This document shows positions 25,701 to 39,461 of a stretch of 64,000 nucleotides of DNA, one piece after another; the stretch's first letter is position 1, and each line of letters begins with the position of its first letter. The notes below the pieces were generated by a model. It ran no database searches, was not told where the DNA came from, and saw nothing but the letters and a program-made list of their open reading frames with translations. The stretch comes from Pecten maximus. Lineage: Eukaryota. The stretch covers positions 11,904,001 to 11,968,000 of the forward strand of contig NC_047026.1 in NCBI RefSeq assembly GCF_902652985.1, written 5' to 3'. Made by a program: the position numbers and the translations under genes.

Positions 25701-28700
25701 ACAGAATGCGAGAAGAATGTCCGGTCAATACTAACAGCATACAAAAATACCCCTCGCCCGGGGGAAAATTATGCCATAGTAAAGGTAGCCGGACCACAAA
25801 TTTTACCCGGCTACAAACAAAATGCAAGATTTCAAAGCAAAATGCATATGGTGGGGGGCTTCAAAGACCCGGCTGAAAAATGTAGGCCAAATCCTACATA
25901 AAATCTACAAATTGTAGCAAAAAAATAGGGAGCCGACCCAGACAAAAAATATGGGCGATTTGGCGTCCCTCAAAGTTCAGCAAATACACCACACCATATT
26001 CAAAAAGCATACTAAGCACAAAAGCAAATGTTTAGAAAACCAATCCACATGGCCATAAATCAAAATTCAATGCAATATTGACCAAACATTCTCGCATGCA
26101 TGCAAGCTAAAACCATATCCAAGGACCCTGTTCAACCTTTTATGGGCAAAATTGAAGCAGCTGATGACGACAATACTGACTGAAGACCTTGTTGCAACCT
26201 ATACAGGAAAATGTCATTCCCTAAGCTACTCAAATGAACATCATCTAGAAAAAGTTCTGGATTACAGTCAGTCATTTCTGGATATCTTATGTACCTTATA
26301 TCTAACCTGGTCATCCCCAATACATTTTTTTTTAATAATAAAAACTGTGTTTCATCCAAATACCCCAAAATCTGGCATTTGAAGCTTATGCCTGAAACAA
26401 ATGTTTTAACAGTTGCCAGCGCAAACCCTGAGAAGACAAATAAGCTAAACATTTTATCACCTGTTGTTGAGTAGGAGCCCAAACCAAATGCGAGCTATAA
26501 GCTAAACAAAATTGCTCAAAACGAACAATGTTGGTATCAAAAACTTGTCTTGAATTAGCTGAAATTGATGCCCTCAGGAGCCTAATAGTTTCATGTTGTA
26601 GATTTAATACTGGAATGATGCTGGGATCTTGGACGGGACTAAAGCAGCATCAGCAATTGAACTCAACTTAGTCGAAATATGAACAGCCCTAAACTTAATG
26701 TTGTGCAACATACTCTTAAAAACAAATGGACAAACAAGTTCCATAACTCTTAGATGTTTTCTTGTTCAAAATGGACACTAGCCACTCATTATTAGTGTAC
26801 CCAAAATGTTTTTTGTTAGACAGCTTAGAATCCCAGATAAAAGATGCCAAGACAATAGGGACCAGTTCAAGGAATGTTATGTCTCGAATTATAACATCTA
26901 CATATGCCTAACTACAGTGAAGGAAAGCACCCCACCTTTTGAGCCATAACCCCGCCCCCAAGCACTATCAGTGAAGAGCTGAAGATCAGCACGTTCTACC
27001 CAATGTATCTCAGGAAAAGTACAATAACCATTAAAGGGCTGTAGTAACTCAAGCTAGGTGTAAAACATCATCCCTCATACCTTAATTGACACAACCAAAG
27101 TGGTGTGGTTTCTATAAACCTGACATGGCATTGTTAAAAAAATGAATAAATGTGTGGGTAACTGGAATGGCCCCAAAACAGAAACTACTGTAAGAGACGC
27201 GGTGAGAGTTTGTAACTGTTTCAAAGTTCCCTCCTTTTTCTATCCAACCTCACCTGAAAGCCTAGCCAGCAATTCAAGTGAATCTAGAGGGATTTTTATT
27301 TGTGTATTAACAGAATCATTTTCTAAACCCCAAAATACTAATATGTATGTTGGTCTCAAACAATCCATTCAAGTGACATAATGTCCATTTTAGCCATCAA
27401 AGTATTAGGTCCTAAGTATTTATCTATATCAATAATGTGGTCAAAATTTGTGTACAATACCCTGCATAATTTCTTTTTATCTATAAAGGTGTTAACACTG
27501 TAATCACTAGGGGAAGGAAGATGATGAATGAGTCTGAAAGATCCATCTTTATTTGGAAGCAATCCAATTGGAGACAGTTTTAGACTAGGCAAAGGGAGAT
27601 AATCAAAGGATTCCGCCACTCTTCCTGCATCTATTTCTTTCATTATCTTAAACAAAGCCCAATTTTCCAGCCTTTTAATAGAAAGCAAGTTCCTACATTT
27701 AGTATTGCCCATTGGGCCTTGCTAGTGCAATGTAAAGCCCAGTTTTAAAAACAGAAACTAACTCCTCAACTAGTAATCTATCTGGATGTGACTGCAGCAG
27801 TCTGTCTAGTACAACAGATTAATTGGGGTGTGCCCAAGGTCCATTAAATTGACTATTTGTCCCAAATTTGGCTTGGTGAGGGGCCCTGTTTGCTGCTTGA
27901 GGAATTGCTTGCCCTAAAAGAATAATTTGCAGTTGAATTATCTGAATGTGAGGTTTGATATGGGCAGTTTAACTTTTGATGACTACCTAAACAAAGAAGG
28001 CAAACATGTCTACACAAACAGTGAGAACTATTATACTTCCCATTATTGTAATCAAAACATTACTAGCTATATATAGACATTATTGCTTATTTTAGTTGTT
28101 TTTGCTGAACTCACTGAAGTTGAACCCCCATATTGCATATAAATGAGCCACAACTCCTGGTCCACTACATTCAAAGGTATAAAATGGTTTTGTGCCTTCT
28201 TGAGCCCGAGCTGCTCATCATAGCTTTTCCACCCATGACCACCAACACGCCTGGCACCTAGACCTACAGTATGGATGTATTTTAACAAAAACCAGATTTC
28301 TGGACAGAGGTGTATATAGAACTATATACTATGGATGCATCAGTCAACATGTCTTTGGGGACTATTTTGTTTTTTTGTTGTTTTTTTTTTAACAACCAGT
28401 TCACCACTGATCAGTGAAAAATGCTTATCGTTTACCCGAGATGGCTTCGATAACATTTGACTTAAATCAACAACTCGTACTGCCTATCTTTTTGTTTGAT
28501 TTGTTGAGAGATTTTACAGCCTAATCTGAAGAAACACTTGTACCTGAAACTGTCTGGTATCACTCTGATCAAGCCCAACCAACTGTGAGGGATAAGTCAT
28601 GGTTAGGGAAGAATTACTAACATGGCTCAACACAATACCTTTCGGTTCAGTTGCTGTTACTGGTAATATGGCCTGCTGCACATCTTCCACAATACCTGGG

Positions 28701-31700
28701 GTAACCCTAGCTGCCAATTACGTCACAACCTCCTCCAATCCTGATGCCGACAGTCTCAGATTGGTCCCTTGATCCCCACCGCAATTACAATGTGCCTGGT
28801 GAGCTTCTGGTCCTGCATATGGACTAGTGGAAGCCATCTTGAGACGCCCTACATCTCTACCTCTCATGATCGAACACATACAACTGCAACAGTGTTCCAG
28901 CTAGGTCGGGTTATAAGGGCGCAGCGCCTGTAAATTAAAAATGCGCCCTGCCCTTTTTTCTTACGCAATGCCCTATTTCCACGCGCCCCGCAATATGCCC
29001 TGGCGATTTTTTAATCGTCTTTCATCCCCGTAACCCTATCTGCTCGCGTATACCGTCGATGCATTCGACTTCCGTCTTACAATAAACAAAGAAAATTTAC
29101 AATGCCTTCTCGCCAAAGACGTATTCAAGAACTCAGCAAATCGACAAAGAAATGCCACAACATCTTGTCAATGTTCAGGTACGTATTTGTGCTTATTGTT
29201 TGTTATAAATATTAATTGGTACAAATAGGCAAGTTATTTTTGTCTGTCGGCTTTCCTTTGATGTGCGAGATGTAATTTAATTTACAAAATAACAGGTTTT
29301 ACTGTTCACGGTTCGAAATGTTTTGAAGTCTAGTTACAATATATGCCATCAGTAACATTTTTCAAATGAAAAATGATTAGATGTTGGGTTATATCTTTGG
29401 AAAATGGTCTATTTTTGGGGGGTCATTATATATATATATATGCTGTATGGCTTCGAATAATCCAGGCCGTATTTTAACAAAATACACCAATTTTTTTTAG
29501 CCATCAATTGCTGAATTTTAGTAGGCACATTTATAAGGTATATTTTGAACAGAATTTATCAAAAATATGTTTCATTTTTATTTTAGATTGATATTCATTG
29601 ATCATGAATTATTATCACTGTAATTCGACAAAATATAAATGCCAAATTAATCCAGAATTACTTTGCCAATTTTGATTTCACAAATTTCAACATATTCCAC
29701 CTTCAGGAAGCATCTAGTAGAATTAACTTCACTTTGTAAACTTTATGCTTCCTTAAGATTGTGTAATTACTACTTCTAAAATTTAATGAAAATATGTTAT
29801 TATTCAAAATTGAGCCATGGTTTTACTGAAGCCTGGTATCTTATTAACTTCATTGATTTTACATGTGGAAACCTAACGGTGTCAACATAAGCATGTACAA
29901 TTTTGAAGGGATGTACATTATTCAAGAAATGATTTGTATATATAGGTCATGTGATCACAACACAAAATCGAAACAACTTGGCAAAGTAATTTATGATAAT
30001 TAGTAAAAAGTGTAATATATTTTTTATAAAATTTCTGGTTGTTTACCCGGTATGTTCCATGCATTTCAGAAAACATTGAGTAATTGTCTGTAAACTCTAT
30101 GTTTTTTTTTTTAATTGCAGAAACATGCATAATTCATTTTACAAGTCAGAATTAAAAATCAAATACACCCCAAACACCCCACTTATTTGATGATGAATAT
30201 AATTTTATATTATGTTCTCTTGTAGAGGGATTGATTCTGCTCCAAACACAGATGACGAGTCTGATGCTGACAACACATCACGTCCAGCTTCACCATTCCC
30301 ATACAACACATGTCCAGTATCACCTTTGCCTAACATATCACGCCCGACTACACCTGTTCCAGATGATTGCCGATCACTTCCTAATCCTGCCTCACCATTT
30401 TTGCCCATTGATGATGTTTACCATTCTCAGACTCTGACAGAATCACCAGCAGCATCCCCAGTGAGAATACCAGCCTGTAAGCGCCGCCTGGAGGATACAC
30501 CAGACGGAACTCCGCCAAGGAAGCGACATACTTCTGGAATTGAAGGACATCAGCCCAGGTTTAATCACCAACTATTGCAGGGACCATAGATTAGCTCTGG
30601 CCTGTAGAGACAGTTTTAAAGAGGTCAAGGTAGCCAACAAAGTGGATGAGACTCTTGAAAGACTGCACAAATATTACAAATACAGCACACTCCACACTGC
30701 CACCCTGAAGGAAGTCCAGAAAGCTTTTGGAGAGCCAACTCTTTGTGTGCAGCAAGCAAAACACCACAGATGGCTGAGCCACTCCAAAGCTGTGACCTCT
30801 GTTGCCAGGAGCTTCAAAAGCCTCATAACAGATCTGGAGCAGAACACCATCTCTGCTGATGCAGTTGGAAATGGTATCTTGAAGCTGATGAAAGATCCTG
30901 CAGTAGTTTAGACCATCTTCTTCCTGGCCGATGTTTTGCCACATCTTGCAAGCCTTTCCCTGTTTTTTCAAAAGCAAGCAGTCAACATGGGAATGGTAGG
31001 GGCTGTTGTCCAGAAGACATTAAAGAGTCTGGAGATGAGAGGGAAAGATGATGGACCATGGTTGAGGAAACTGGACAGCATCTTACAGGATTGTGGCGTG
31101 GATTCTCCCGACACCAAGGCCAGAGAAAGTTTCAGGAAACAGGTCAGGGAGCCATTCATCTCCACTCTCATCAACAACATTGAGAACCGTTTCAAGGACA
31201 CTGAGGTGATAGACAACCTTGCCATACTGGACACTTCATCCATCGAGTCTGCTGGTTGCTTTTATGGAGTGTCGGAGATCGAGCATCTTGCAAACCACTA
31301 CAGCCTTGAGGAGGAGTCTTTAGTAGTAGAATGGACAGATTTCCTCAACTTCATCACTGAGAGAGAGAGTTCCTGTAACATGCTGGCATGCCTCAAACTT
31401 TTTCATGGACAGAATGACTTGGGACTGAAGGCACTCTTTCCAACAATTTCCTCACTTTATGCTAAGGCATATGTAATTCCTCTTAGTACAGCTGAAGTTG
31501 AGAGAGTCTTCTCCCAGCTAAAGTTAATTAAGACAGCTCATCGTAACAGGATGCACCAGACCACATTAAACCGGCTACTGAATGTGAAATTAAACTGTTC
31601 ATCGGAGATGTTTGAGGCAGTTCTTCCAGCAGTCACCAGGAAATGGATTTGTGCAAAGAATAGGAGGCTCCCGACTCTCATTGCCCTTAACAAAGCCAGT

Positions 31701-33321
31701 GCCTGTTAGACTTCTTGTGACAAAGGATTTCCCCACTAACATGATATCATGAAATGATTTATGTAGATGTCTTATTTATCAGAACCTGTGATAGTGACAC
31801 ATTTTGATTATGATTTATCAGAACCTGTGATAGTGATACAATTTGATTATTACAGATAGAAAAATGTATTTTCAAAAATGGTATTATATTTTGAGATTCT
31901 ATGTTTAATTTTGTTGTTATCTTTCATTTCATGTTAAATTTAAATGGATTTACTAACTTATGGTGTGTGTGATTTTAGTAAAGCAGTGAAAGACTGAATG
32001 CACATTGTGATAATATATTTTAAACAATTGTTGAATAGTAAGATGTTATTTATGTATTGAGCTTTCTTTTGAATTTGTTACAAAGTAAATATGTCATATT
32101 TTGTTTGAATGTAAATTACTTAACTTATTCTAAGAGGTGTGTGTTTGTGTAGTCTTGGAGAGCTGTGAGATTGATAATGTGAAAGCATGTTGTTGAAGTG
32201 AAAGATCTTATACCTGTAGACTAGTGCTTTAATTATATTGATTCAATAGAGAAAGAGTTGATTAAAATATTCCAAGAGGTGTGTGTTTGTGTAGTCTTGT
32301 AGACTAGTGCTTTAATCTTTTATTGGTCAGAGAGAGTGCAATATATTGATTCAATAGAGAAAGAGTTGATTAAAATATTGTTGTAAGGTAATGTTGTCAT
32401 TGATGCACTGTTAATAAATTTAATTTTATTGTTATACTTTTGTTTCTCATTAATTTATATTAAGCCTGTAAATTCCATTCAAGCTCATGGGCAGAACTGA
32501 ATTCTGAAAGAAAACAATGATGAAATTTTAATGGTTACAAAAAAGATACAATTATTAATTAACTGGTAGATCATTCTTGAAATGAGGCTGAATGGACTTT
32601 ACAAACATAATTATTAAAGCGGAAGACAAATCTGGAGAAGGAAAGCATATTTTATATACTTTAGCATCTAGTTGACCCATGAGTTTTAGCAATTTAAATT
32701 CATAAAAGAAAGGTTCTTTTGAATTTGTTTCCAATATCATACAGACATTTAATGATTACACCTAAAAAAACAAACCAATATGTTTACTGGATGCCCCAAT
32801 ACATTATTACTAGAACCAATTAAGAAACAACAATGACTGCAAATTGTTATCACCTTGTATTATACTGTTTCAATGTATGCAACATGTAATATGCCCTAAA
32901 AATCTGAAACCGCGTAAAAAAAATGCCCTTTTTTGGGTCAGTGACCTGCCCTTTTGAAATCCTAGCTGGAACACTGTAGTGCAGTGCAACTTATAAAATC
33001 CTCATCAAAACAGCATCAACATTGACACAAATTATAATAAACAACCAAAGTTACTTTTACCTTGAATCATTTGATTCAATCTCTATAACTTTACACCAAT
33101 ACGAAAATGTTTAATATAAAGCACTGGTTACTATTTACAATTCCATCGTCAGCTATTGTAAGGCACAAATTCGAGCCCCAAGGCTGAGTAGCTTAATTGG
33201 ATGAATTGATATAATTTTGTATACTATCAAATAAAATGGATATACAATTTATATGACTTAAACATGTCAAACACACTCAATACTATTGTCTACAAAAATG
33301 TGTGTTCTGAGATTGCGAGAT

Positions 33322-33354
<33 letters not shown>

Positions 33355-35312
33355 GTACCCCCTCACTCCAAGGCTAAATACATGTTTATAATCGGGTTGA
33401 TCAATGTGTGTAATAATGTAAGAATGCAGTAAATTGAATCGCAACACAATAAGTATGATTGGAAATGTTTGCGTGCGAGATGGGAGGGGGGTCTCCCTTT
33501 CACAACCTTGCTAAATGTAACTCACAAAATATTAAGAGCGTCAAAAAACCAAAATATGACTGGCGTGGCAAATGAAATGAAACTACAAATTAATTGCAGC
33601 CAAACTCCAGCAAATATCCGGAAGAGTAATTGCACATGAACAATATTACAAGTCACCGGTCAGTCACACCATGCGTAGGCAACATTTTTTGTTTTCACCG
33701 AATAAACGTGTAATAACGTCTCGGAAACCCACAATATACAAACCAACCAACAAACAAATCACTATAATGCCAATCCACAGCACGATGATGATAAATGGTG
33801 GCTCTAACGCTTTGGATGCAATCCGATTTCAAGGATTTGCCTTTCTCAGTAGCTTTTCCCAAATATGCCTACCAGATATACTGTGCAAAGGGGGATAACT
33901 CCAAGATGATGGGAGGTAACTTGGTACACTGCACAAAGCAATGAAGAGAAATACTTCATGTAGTCGTATAATTCATGTGCATACTAGAAAAGGGAATTCT
34001 ATAAATGCATATCAAATTAGCCATACAATTAATAAGGCGGTCTTCATATGATAAATTAAATTATATTTTAGAAATAATTTTTAATATGTTATATAAAATC
34101 ATAATACACCGAACTTATAAATGATTAAACGTAAGAGCAGTATATCCCGGAAATCTGACATCTAATTTCCATAAGGAATATTGAGGAAACGTAACTAGAT
34201 ACAGTTGTATTGAAGATACATGTCATTTCATTACTTATGGTGGATGATTTCGGCCCTGTCAAATTTGGTATTAGCGCCCCCGCAAAACGAAGAACGACAA
34301 TGTAACAGTGCGCCATGCGAAGAGCGACATTGTGCCATGCGACAAAATGAACGCACAATGCGACAAAAATACAGAGCGACGTTAAAATTATGTTGCCTTG
34401 TCGCATTGGCGAGGTACTTTGCCGCATGGTGCGCTGTCACTCCTCGCTTTGTGCAACAAACTTGTCCTCAAATGACCATTGGCTGTTTCAAGGACGTTTA
34501 ATCCCTATATACATTTGTAGCAAAACGAAAACAGAATAATTTTGAATTTTCTGTATCTGACTCTCAGTTTGTTTTGAAAACAAAATGCTTTTATCTTATG
34601 AGTCTCTCGTCAATGGTCGAAAGAAATGTCAAAGTTTGTATATTCTCCAATGTGTCATTATTCAAATGGAAACGTGACATTCACGATGCGGCACACCCAG
34701 CGGAATAAAATCCATCAACAGTGTTTATCACCTGCAATCTCAAAGGAATGTATAAAAGGCACACCAGATATATGCACCTTTCAATACAAATAGCCGCTTT
34801 GAACTGTATACTGCAGCACATGTGCGAACATGCTGAAAGTTTAACAATAGCCACTAAGCATTACTTAACACGCATACGGATTGGGTATATTTTGAATCCA
34901 TTCTCATTTTTATTGTTATTTATATATTTAAGGACTGTTTCTCGACAGTGGCGGGACGTACGATCAGTGTTTTATTATCACAGGTATTGTACTATTGTTT
35001 AAAAACAATTGTTTTGATGTAATGATACTTTTTAAAAATAAATACATCAATAAAATAAACAACTCTGCCAGACCAAGCTTCAGTTTGCTCAGTATTCCTT
35101 AGTTTAATGATATTCCTTTCCATATGAAAATAATCTGTTTATTCGACTCATTACCATATTGTTTTTATCACTATACACTCCAGTCTAATGTACTCATTAC
35201 AGGATTCATCATATTGGGCGGAGCTGTGCTTACCTTGGCCAGTGAATATTTACGAACAAGACGAGGATTTCCTGTTGAAACGTCACCTGACAAGACGAGG
35301 AATTTCTGTTAA
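22799..35312 (+). CDS. SLC16/monocarboxylate transporter family (MFS) protein, copy 1; exons 22799-22991, 23392-23535, 23916-24788, 34933-34983, 35203-35312 (about 456 aa)
   Basis: N-terminal PDRGWSW motif, FEKRLNLASG, GRLLTG and GPP.AG-LFLDSGGTYD. Phase-1 GT-AG junctions join in frame. Confidence 0.87.
28890..32976 (+). mobile_element. hAT-superfamily DNA transposon (ZNF862-like transposase), internally deleted
   Basis: Perfect 16-bp TIR cagtgttccagctagg / cctagctggaacactg. Transposase remnants with HRLALAC, RWLS and dimerisation motif STAEVERVFSQLKLIKTAHRNR (30540-31709). The 8-bp TSD is only a 5/8 match. Confidence 0.88.
33322..33353 (+). repeat. Poly-G run (~32 nt)
   Basis: Homopolymer run. 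Confidence 0.95.
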
Positions 35313-35537
35313 AACGTAACCTGACAAGACGAGGATTTTCTGTTAAAACGTCACCTGACAAGACGAGGATTTTCTGTTAAAACGTCACCTGACAAGACTG
35401 AGGAATTTCTGTTAAAACGTCACCTGACAAAACGAGGATTTTCTGTTAAAACGTCACCTGACAAGACGAGGATTTTCTGTTAAAACGTCACCTCACAAGA
35501 CGAGGATTTTCTGTTGAAACGTCACCTGACAAGACGA
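35256..35537 (+). repeat. 34-bp VNTR (8 units plus 9 bp) overlapping the last coding exon of SLC16 copy 1
   Basis: Unit acaagacgaggattttctgttaaaacgtcacctg. Confidence 0.95.
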
Positions 35538-36529
35538 TTCGAAATTTTAATGTAAGTGTTTTCCTTAAGTTAACGAAAGTTGGTGACGAAACTGGTACTA
35601 ACCAGTACGAACAGTGACTCGGAAGTCGTAACGATGAACAACTATTATTTAAATAAAAATGAAGATATTGGGTGGGATATCTAGCCATATTTCATAATCA
35701 CACATAATACTGATTTAAACTAATGATGAAACTTTGTTTACGAGGCGCATGAAGTAAATGGCATATCTTATAAACAGAAATGCTCAGGATATTTTCAAAT
35801 ACAAGTTATCCTATCTCGATCGTCTGAAACATAATACACTAGAACAGACACTATGAGTACCATCAGAAAAGACAAAATAGCATCTTTGCTGAAAGATACA
35901 TATTCCCTGTATATATATGCATATTTACAGAAGATAAAACGCAAACCAACACTGAAAATAAACAAAGAACTTTTTTTTTCTCCATAGCTACATTATAACA
36001 TTCCGTGTTAGCAACAACATGAGCTAGGCTTGTTTGTCAAGAAACTTGAAGTAAGGATAATGTACCTACCCATAATCCATTATTCTAAAGAGGTACATGT
36101 ATACTAGCTAATCATATTGCAGTATTCCAAATTTCCGGATAATGATGAGGAGCAGAGACTTCATATCATAGTTTAAAGGCCTCTGATTTGCTTCGTTTAT
36201 ATTGGATTCACAAAAATCTGTACAAGCTGGTGCTGCAGGTTGGACCATTGGACTATTTAAGTCCCACGTTACAACAGTAGGTATCATGTGTTTTTTTTCG
36301 TTTGTTTGTTTGTTTTTTTTTTCTACAATTCAATACCTACGGTTCATAGATACATTGTATTCGTGTATATGCATTTTAGACATCTGGCTACCCCCTCGGC
36401 AATGACAAAGGGGCATGCCCATTGGAGAAATGTCCCCCATTATTCAAAGGGAGAAGGCACCGTTAAGGGAAGAACTGAAAAACCTTAAGTTAGACAACCA
36501 GGAACTCCGGCTAAAACTGGACTATCTTG

Positions 36530-37110
36530 AACAATACAGCCTAGAGTACTAAAAGAGACTGCTGGTGTTTTTTGTAATCCTCTAACCTATTTCTTCAATA
36601 AATGTCTTGCCATGTCAATATTTCCGTCGTCATGGAAAAAAGCTAATGTCATAACTGTATTTAAAACAGAAAAACGTGATGACGTCAGAGTTATCGTCCG
36701 ATATCTCTATTAAGTGTCTTAGGAAAGTGTTCGAACGTTGTAAATTCGAACACTTGTACAATTTCTTTCGTCAAAATAGTGTTATTACTAGCTGTCATTC
36801 GGGGTTCACACCTGGTGACTCTACTATAAACCAATTACTCAGTATATTTAACGACTTTAGTAAAGCTCTAGACTCAGGCAAAGAAATCTGTATTTAGCGA
36901 CATCAGTAAAGCTTCGATCGCGTCTCACATCGAGGCCTTCTTTTCAAACTTCAAAAATTTGGCATATGAGGAAAGTTATTATTCTGGCTTAAAGATTATC
37001 TTCTTGGCAGAAAACAAAGAGTACATATAAGCAATTGTAGTTCTAATTGGACATATATTAATGCCGGAGTACCCCAAAGCTCTATCCTTGGGCCACTGCT
37101 ATTTTTAATA
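36530..37110 (+). pseudogene. CR1/L2-group LINE RT fragment, decayed
   Basis: Remnants WKKANV, YRPISL, SGFTPGDSTINQL, DISKA.DRV.H and GVPQSSILGPLLF. Confidence 0.8.
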
Positions 37111-39134
37111 GGTGCTTTGTATATATACATGTATATCTGTTAGTTGTTTATAATGTAACACACCGTATCATCAGCTGCATCATTTGTATTTATACTGGTT
37201 TGGATTTAGCGACAAAACTGTTGACATGTGAACAATTGATCACATAGTTACTTGAATATGTGTAAACCATGCATCAAAAATAATGATACAATCTCTGTGT
37301 TGTCAATATAAAATTGTAGCAAAAACGAATGGTCCAAAACAGCACCCTGCTGGACACTGTAGTATTCCTAATCAATATGTTTTGTTAACACACCTGTACA
37401 CAAATGGAACTTCCCACTTTGAATATTCCACGAAAAGGTCATTACGACAGGTCATTCTGGTTTGACTATATGAACGTTAGAACAGTTTATCGAAGTGAAA
37501 GCATATGCTAGTTCCCTTACAGTGTTACAGTTTGACTTAGAGAAAACTAAAAATTTCGACGTCCATCAAATTTACTGCACAGAAAAGCATGGTGGCTAGT
37601 AACTTGGTTTCTGCATGCTCGATAGGGACCCGTTTGCGTTCATATGCGTCCATGCTATATTATAGATATTACAATTGGACAATAATTGCTTGCTTCACTA
37701 AATAAAATTCGCCTAATATCTGAATAAAACTCAGTCAATTAAAAAATGGCGCTCGTCTTCTACTAATCATGACTGACATAAAATACAAATACATTTCCTC
37801 TCATGTAATGCTAAGGGAGGACGAGAATACCGGCCTGTCTCTATTTTCAATTTCAAATTACCACAACGGAACTTGGCTAACGTTTGCCTATGCTTAAAAT
37901 TTACAACAGTATATATATATGATTCTGGGGTAAAAACAGATTTAAACGTACGGTAAGTACGCAACTTATTTCCATTAGTTTTCCCTGTATCATTCCATAG
38001 TTCTTGATACCACTTGTTTTCGTCCTTTGTGTTGAATACACATTTAGCTAAATTCATACAGTAACTCGGAATAGGGCTAGGCGCTAAGAATTCATTAAGA
38101 TTGTGTTCATTAAAAAGTTTTTCAACACGTTTATCCCAGCTTCCTGTCCTGGTTTTAGACCACTCGTGGAGCCGTTTAACCATACGGTCCTCTGTTGTAC
38201 CCGCGAGCCTTAACCAGAGTCTACATACTTCGAGTTTTTGCTTGACAGCAGTAGAGTTCCATCCAAGATCACCTCTGGTCGCGACATTGGATGCGTTGTT
38301 TCCGGTGCCTAGAAAGTATCGACAAGCTTTGTTTTGGACAGTTTGTACAAAGCTATAGGTATTTACTCCCCACAATCCCGCGCCGTAGAATAGAACTGGT
38401 TCGACTAGTGATTCATACAGATTCTTATAAACACTAAAAGACATCCCTCCAGTGAATCTGAATTTGGCATATAATGCGCCGAGGGCACGACCAGCCAATT
38501 TTGAAAGTTCCCGCGCTGCGAATTCCGTCTCCAAGAATTCCGTAAACCAAAAACCGAGATACTTATATCGATTAGTTATGTCTATTTCCAGGTCACCACA
38601 TTTGAAAGTAAGTTCCGATCTTGGAATAGATTTATGACGAAAGTGTATCACTTTTGTTTTGTCCTGATTAACACACAGCCGCCACCTGCTACTCCAACGA
38701 TGAAGGCAATCTAGCATCCGTTGTAAAGATGGTTCGTCTGGAGCGAGTAATGCTATGTCGTCCGCATGTAATAATATAGATATTTTGAGATCTCCACATG
38801 TTATACCGCAATCTAAACGAGTAATTTCGTCAACGAGATCGTTCACATAGATCGAAAATAATGTCGGGGAAATATTACATCCCTGTTTTACGCCCTGGTC
38901 GACAGAGAACCAATCAGAAACGTAAGTATTTAACCGCACAGCATAACGGACGTCCGTGTAAAGGGACTTAACTGCGTCCAGAAATGGTCCATGAATTCCT
39001 ATGGATTTGAGCTTGAACCATAAACATTCCCTGTTGACTGTATCAAAAGCCTTTTTAGCGTCGACGAAACACATGAAAGTTGATAATTTCGATATTTTCC
39101 TATTATTGATGACAGAATGTAAAGAATATATATG

Positions 39135-39425
39135 AGCAGCATATACCCCCTTATAGCAGCATTTATGGCCAGGAGTATGTATAGCCGGGGACATGTATGT
39201 ATGTATAGCCGGGGGGTATGTATGGCCTAGGGTATGTATAGCCGGGGGTATGTATGGCCTAGGGTATGTATAGTTTGGGGGTATATATGGCCTAGGGTAT
39301 GTATAGTTTGGGGGTATGTATGGTCTAGGTATGTATAGTTTGGAGGTATGTATGGTCCATGGGTATGTATGGCGGAGGGTATGTATGGCCTGGGTATGCA
39401 AGGTCTGGGATATGTGTCTGGGATA
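39135..39425 (+). repeat. Polinton left TIR, with internal short tandem repeats
   Basis: Reverse complement of the right end; repeated gggtatgtat(a/g)g units. Confidence 0.9.
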
Positions 39426-39461
39426 TGTTGAAGATGCTGACGTCTTTATATTTCATTCAAA

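Larger units (their letters stand above)
24934..34083 (-). mobile_element. Ngaro-type (DIRS group) tyrosine-recombinase retrotransposon, decayed, with split direct repeats
   Basis: Minus-strand order A1(34083-33833), ORFs, B1(25660-25545), A2(25408-25158), B2(25048-24934). Remnants: gag-like (28067-28717), RT (SPIGLLPNKDGSFRLIHHL, MAKMDI; 27356-27712), RNase H, and an SGNH-like C-terminus (LDDVHLSSLG, ~26132-26330). Confidence 0.85.

Noticed and set aside
39135-39401. N-terminal repeat extension (YPRPYIPP) of the 544-aa RT ORF
   Set aside because: Read-through from the Polinton TIR into the interrupted LINE RT, not a real fusion protein.
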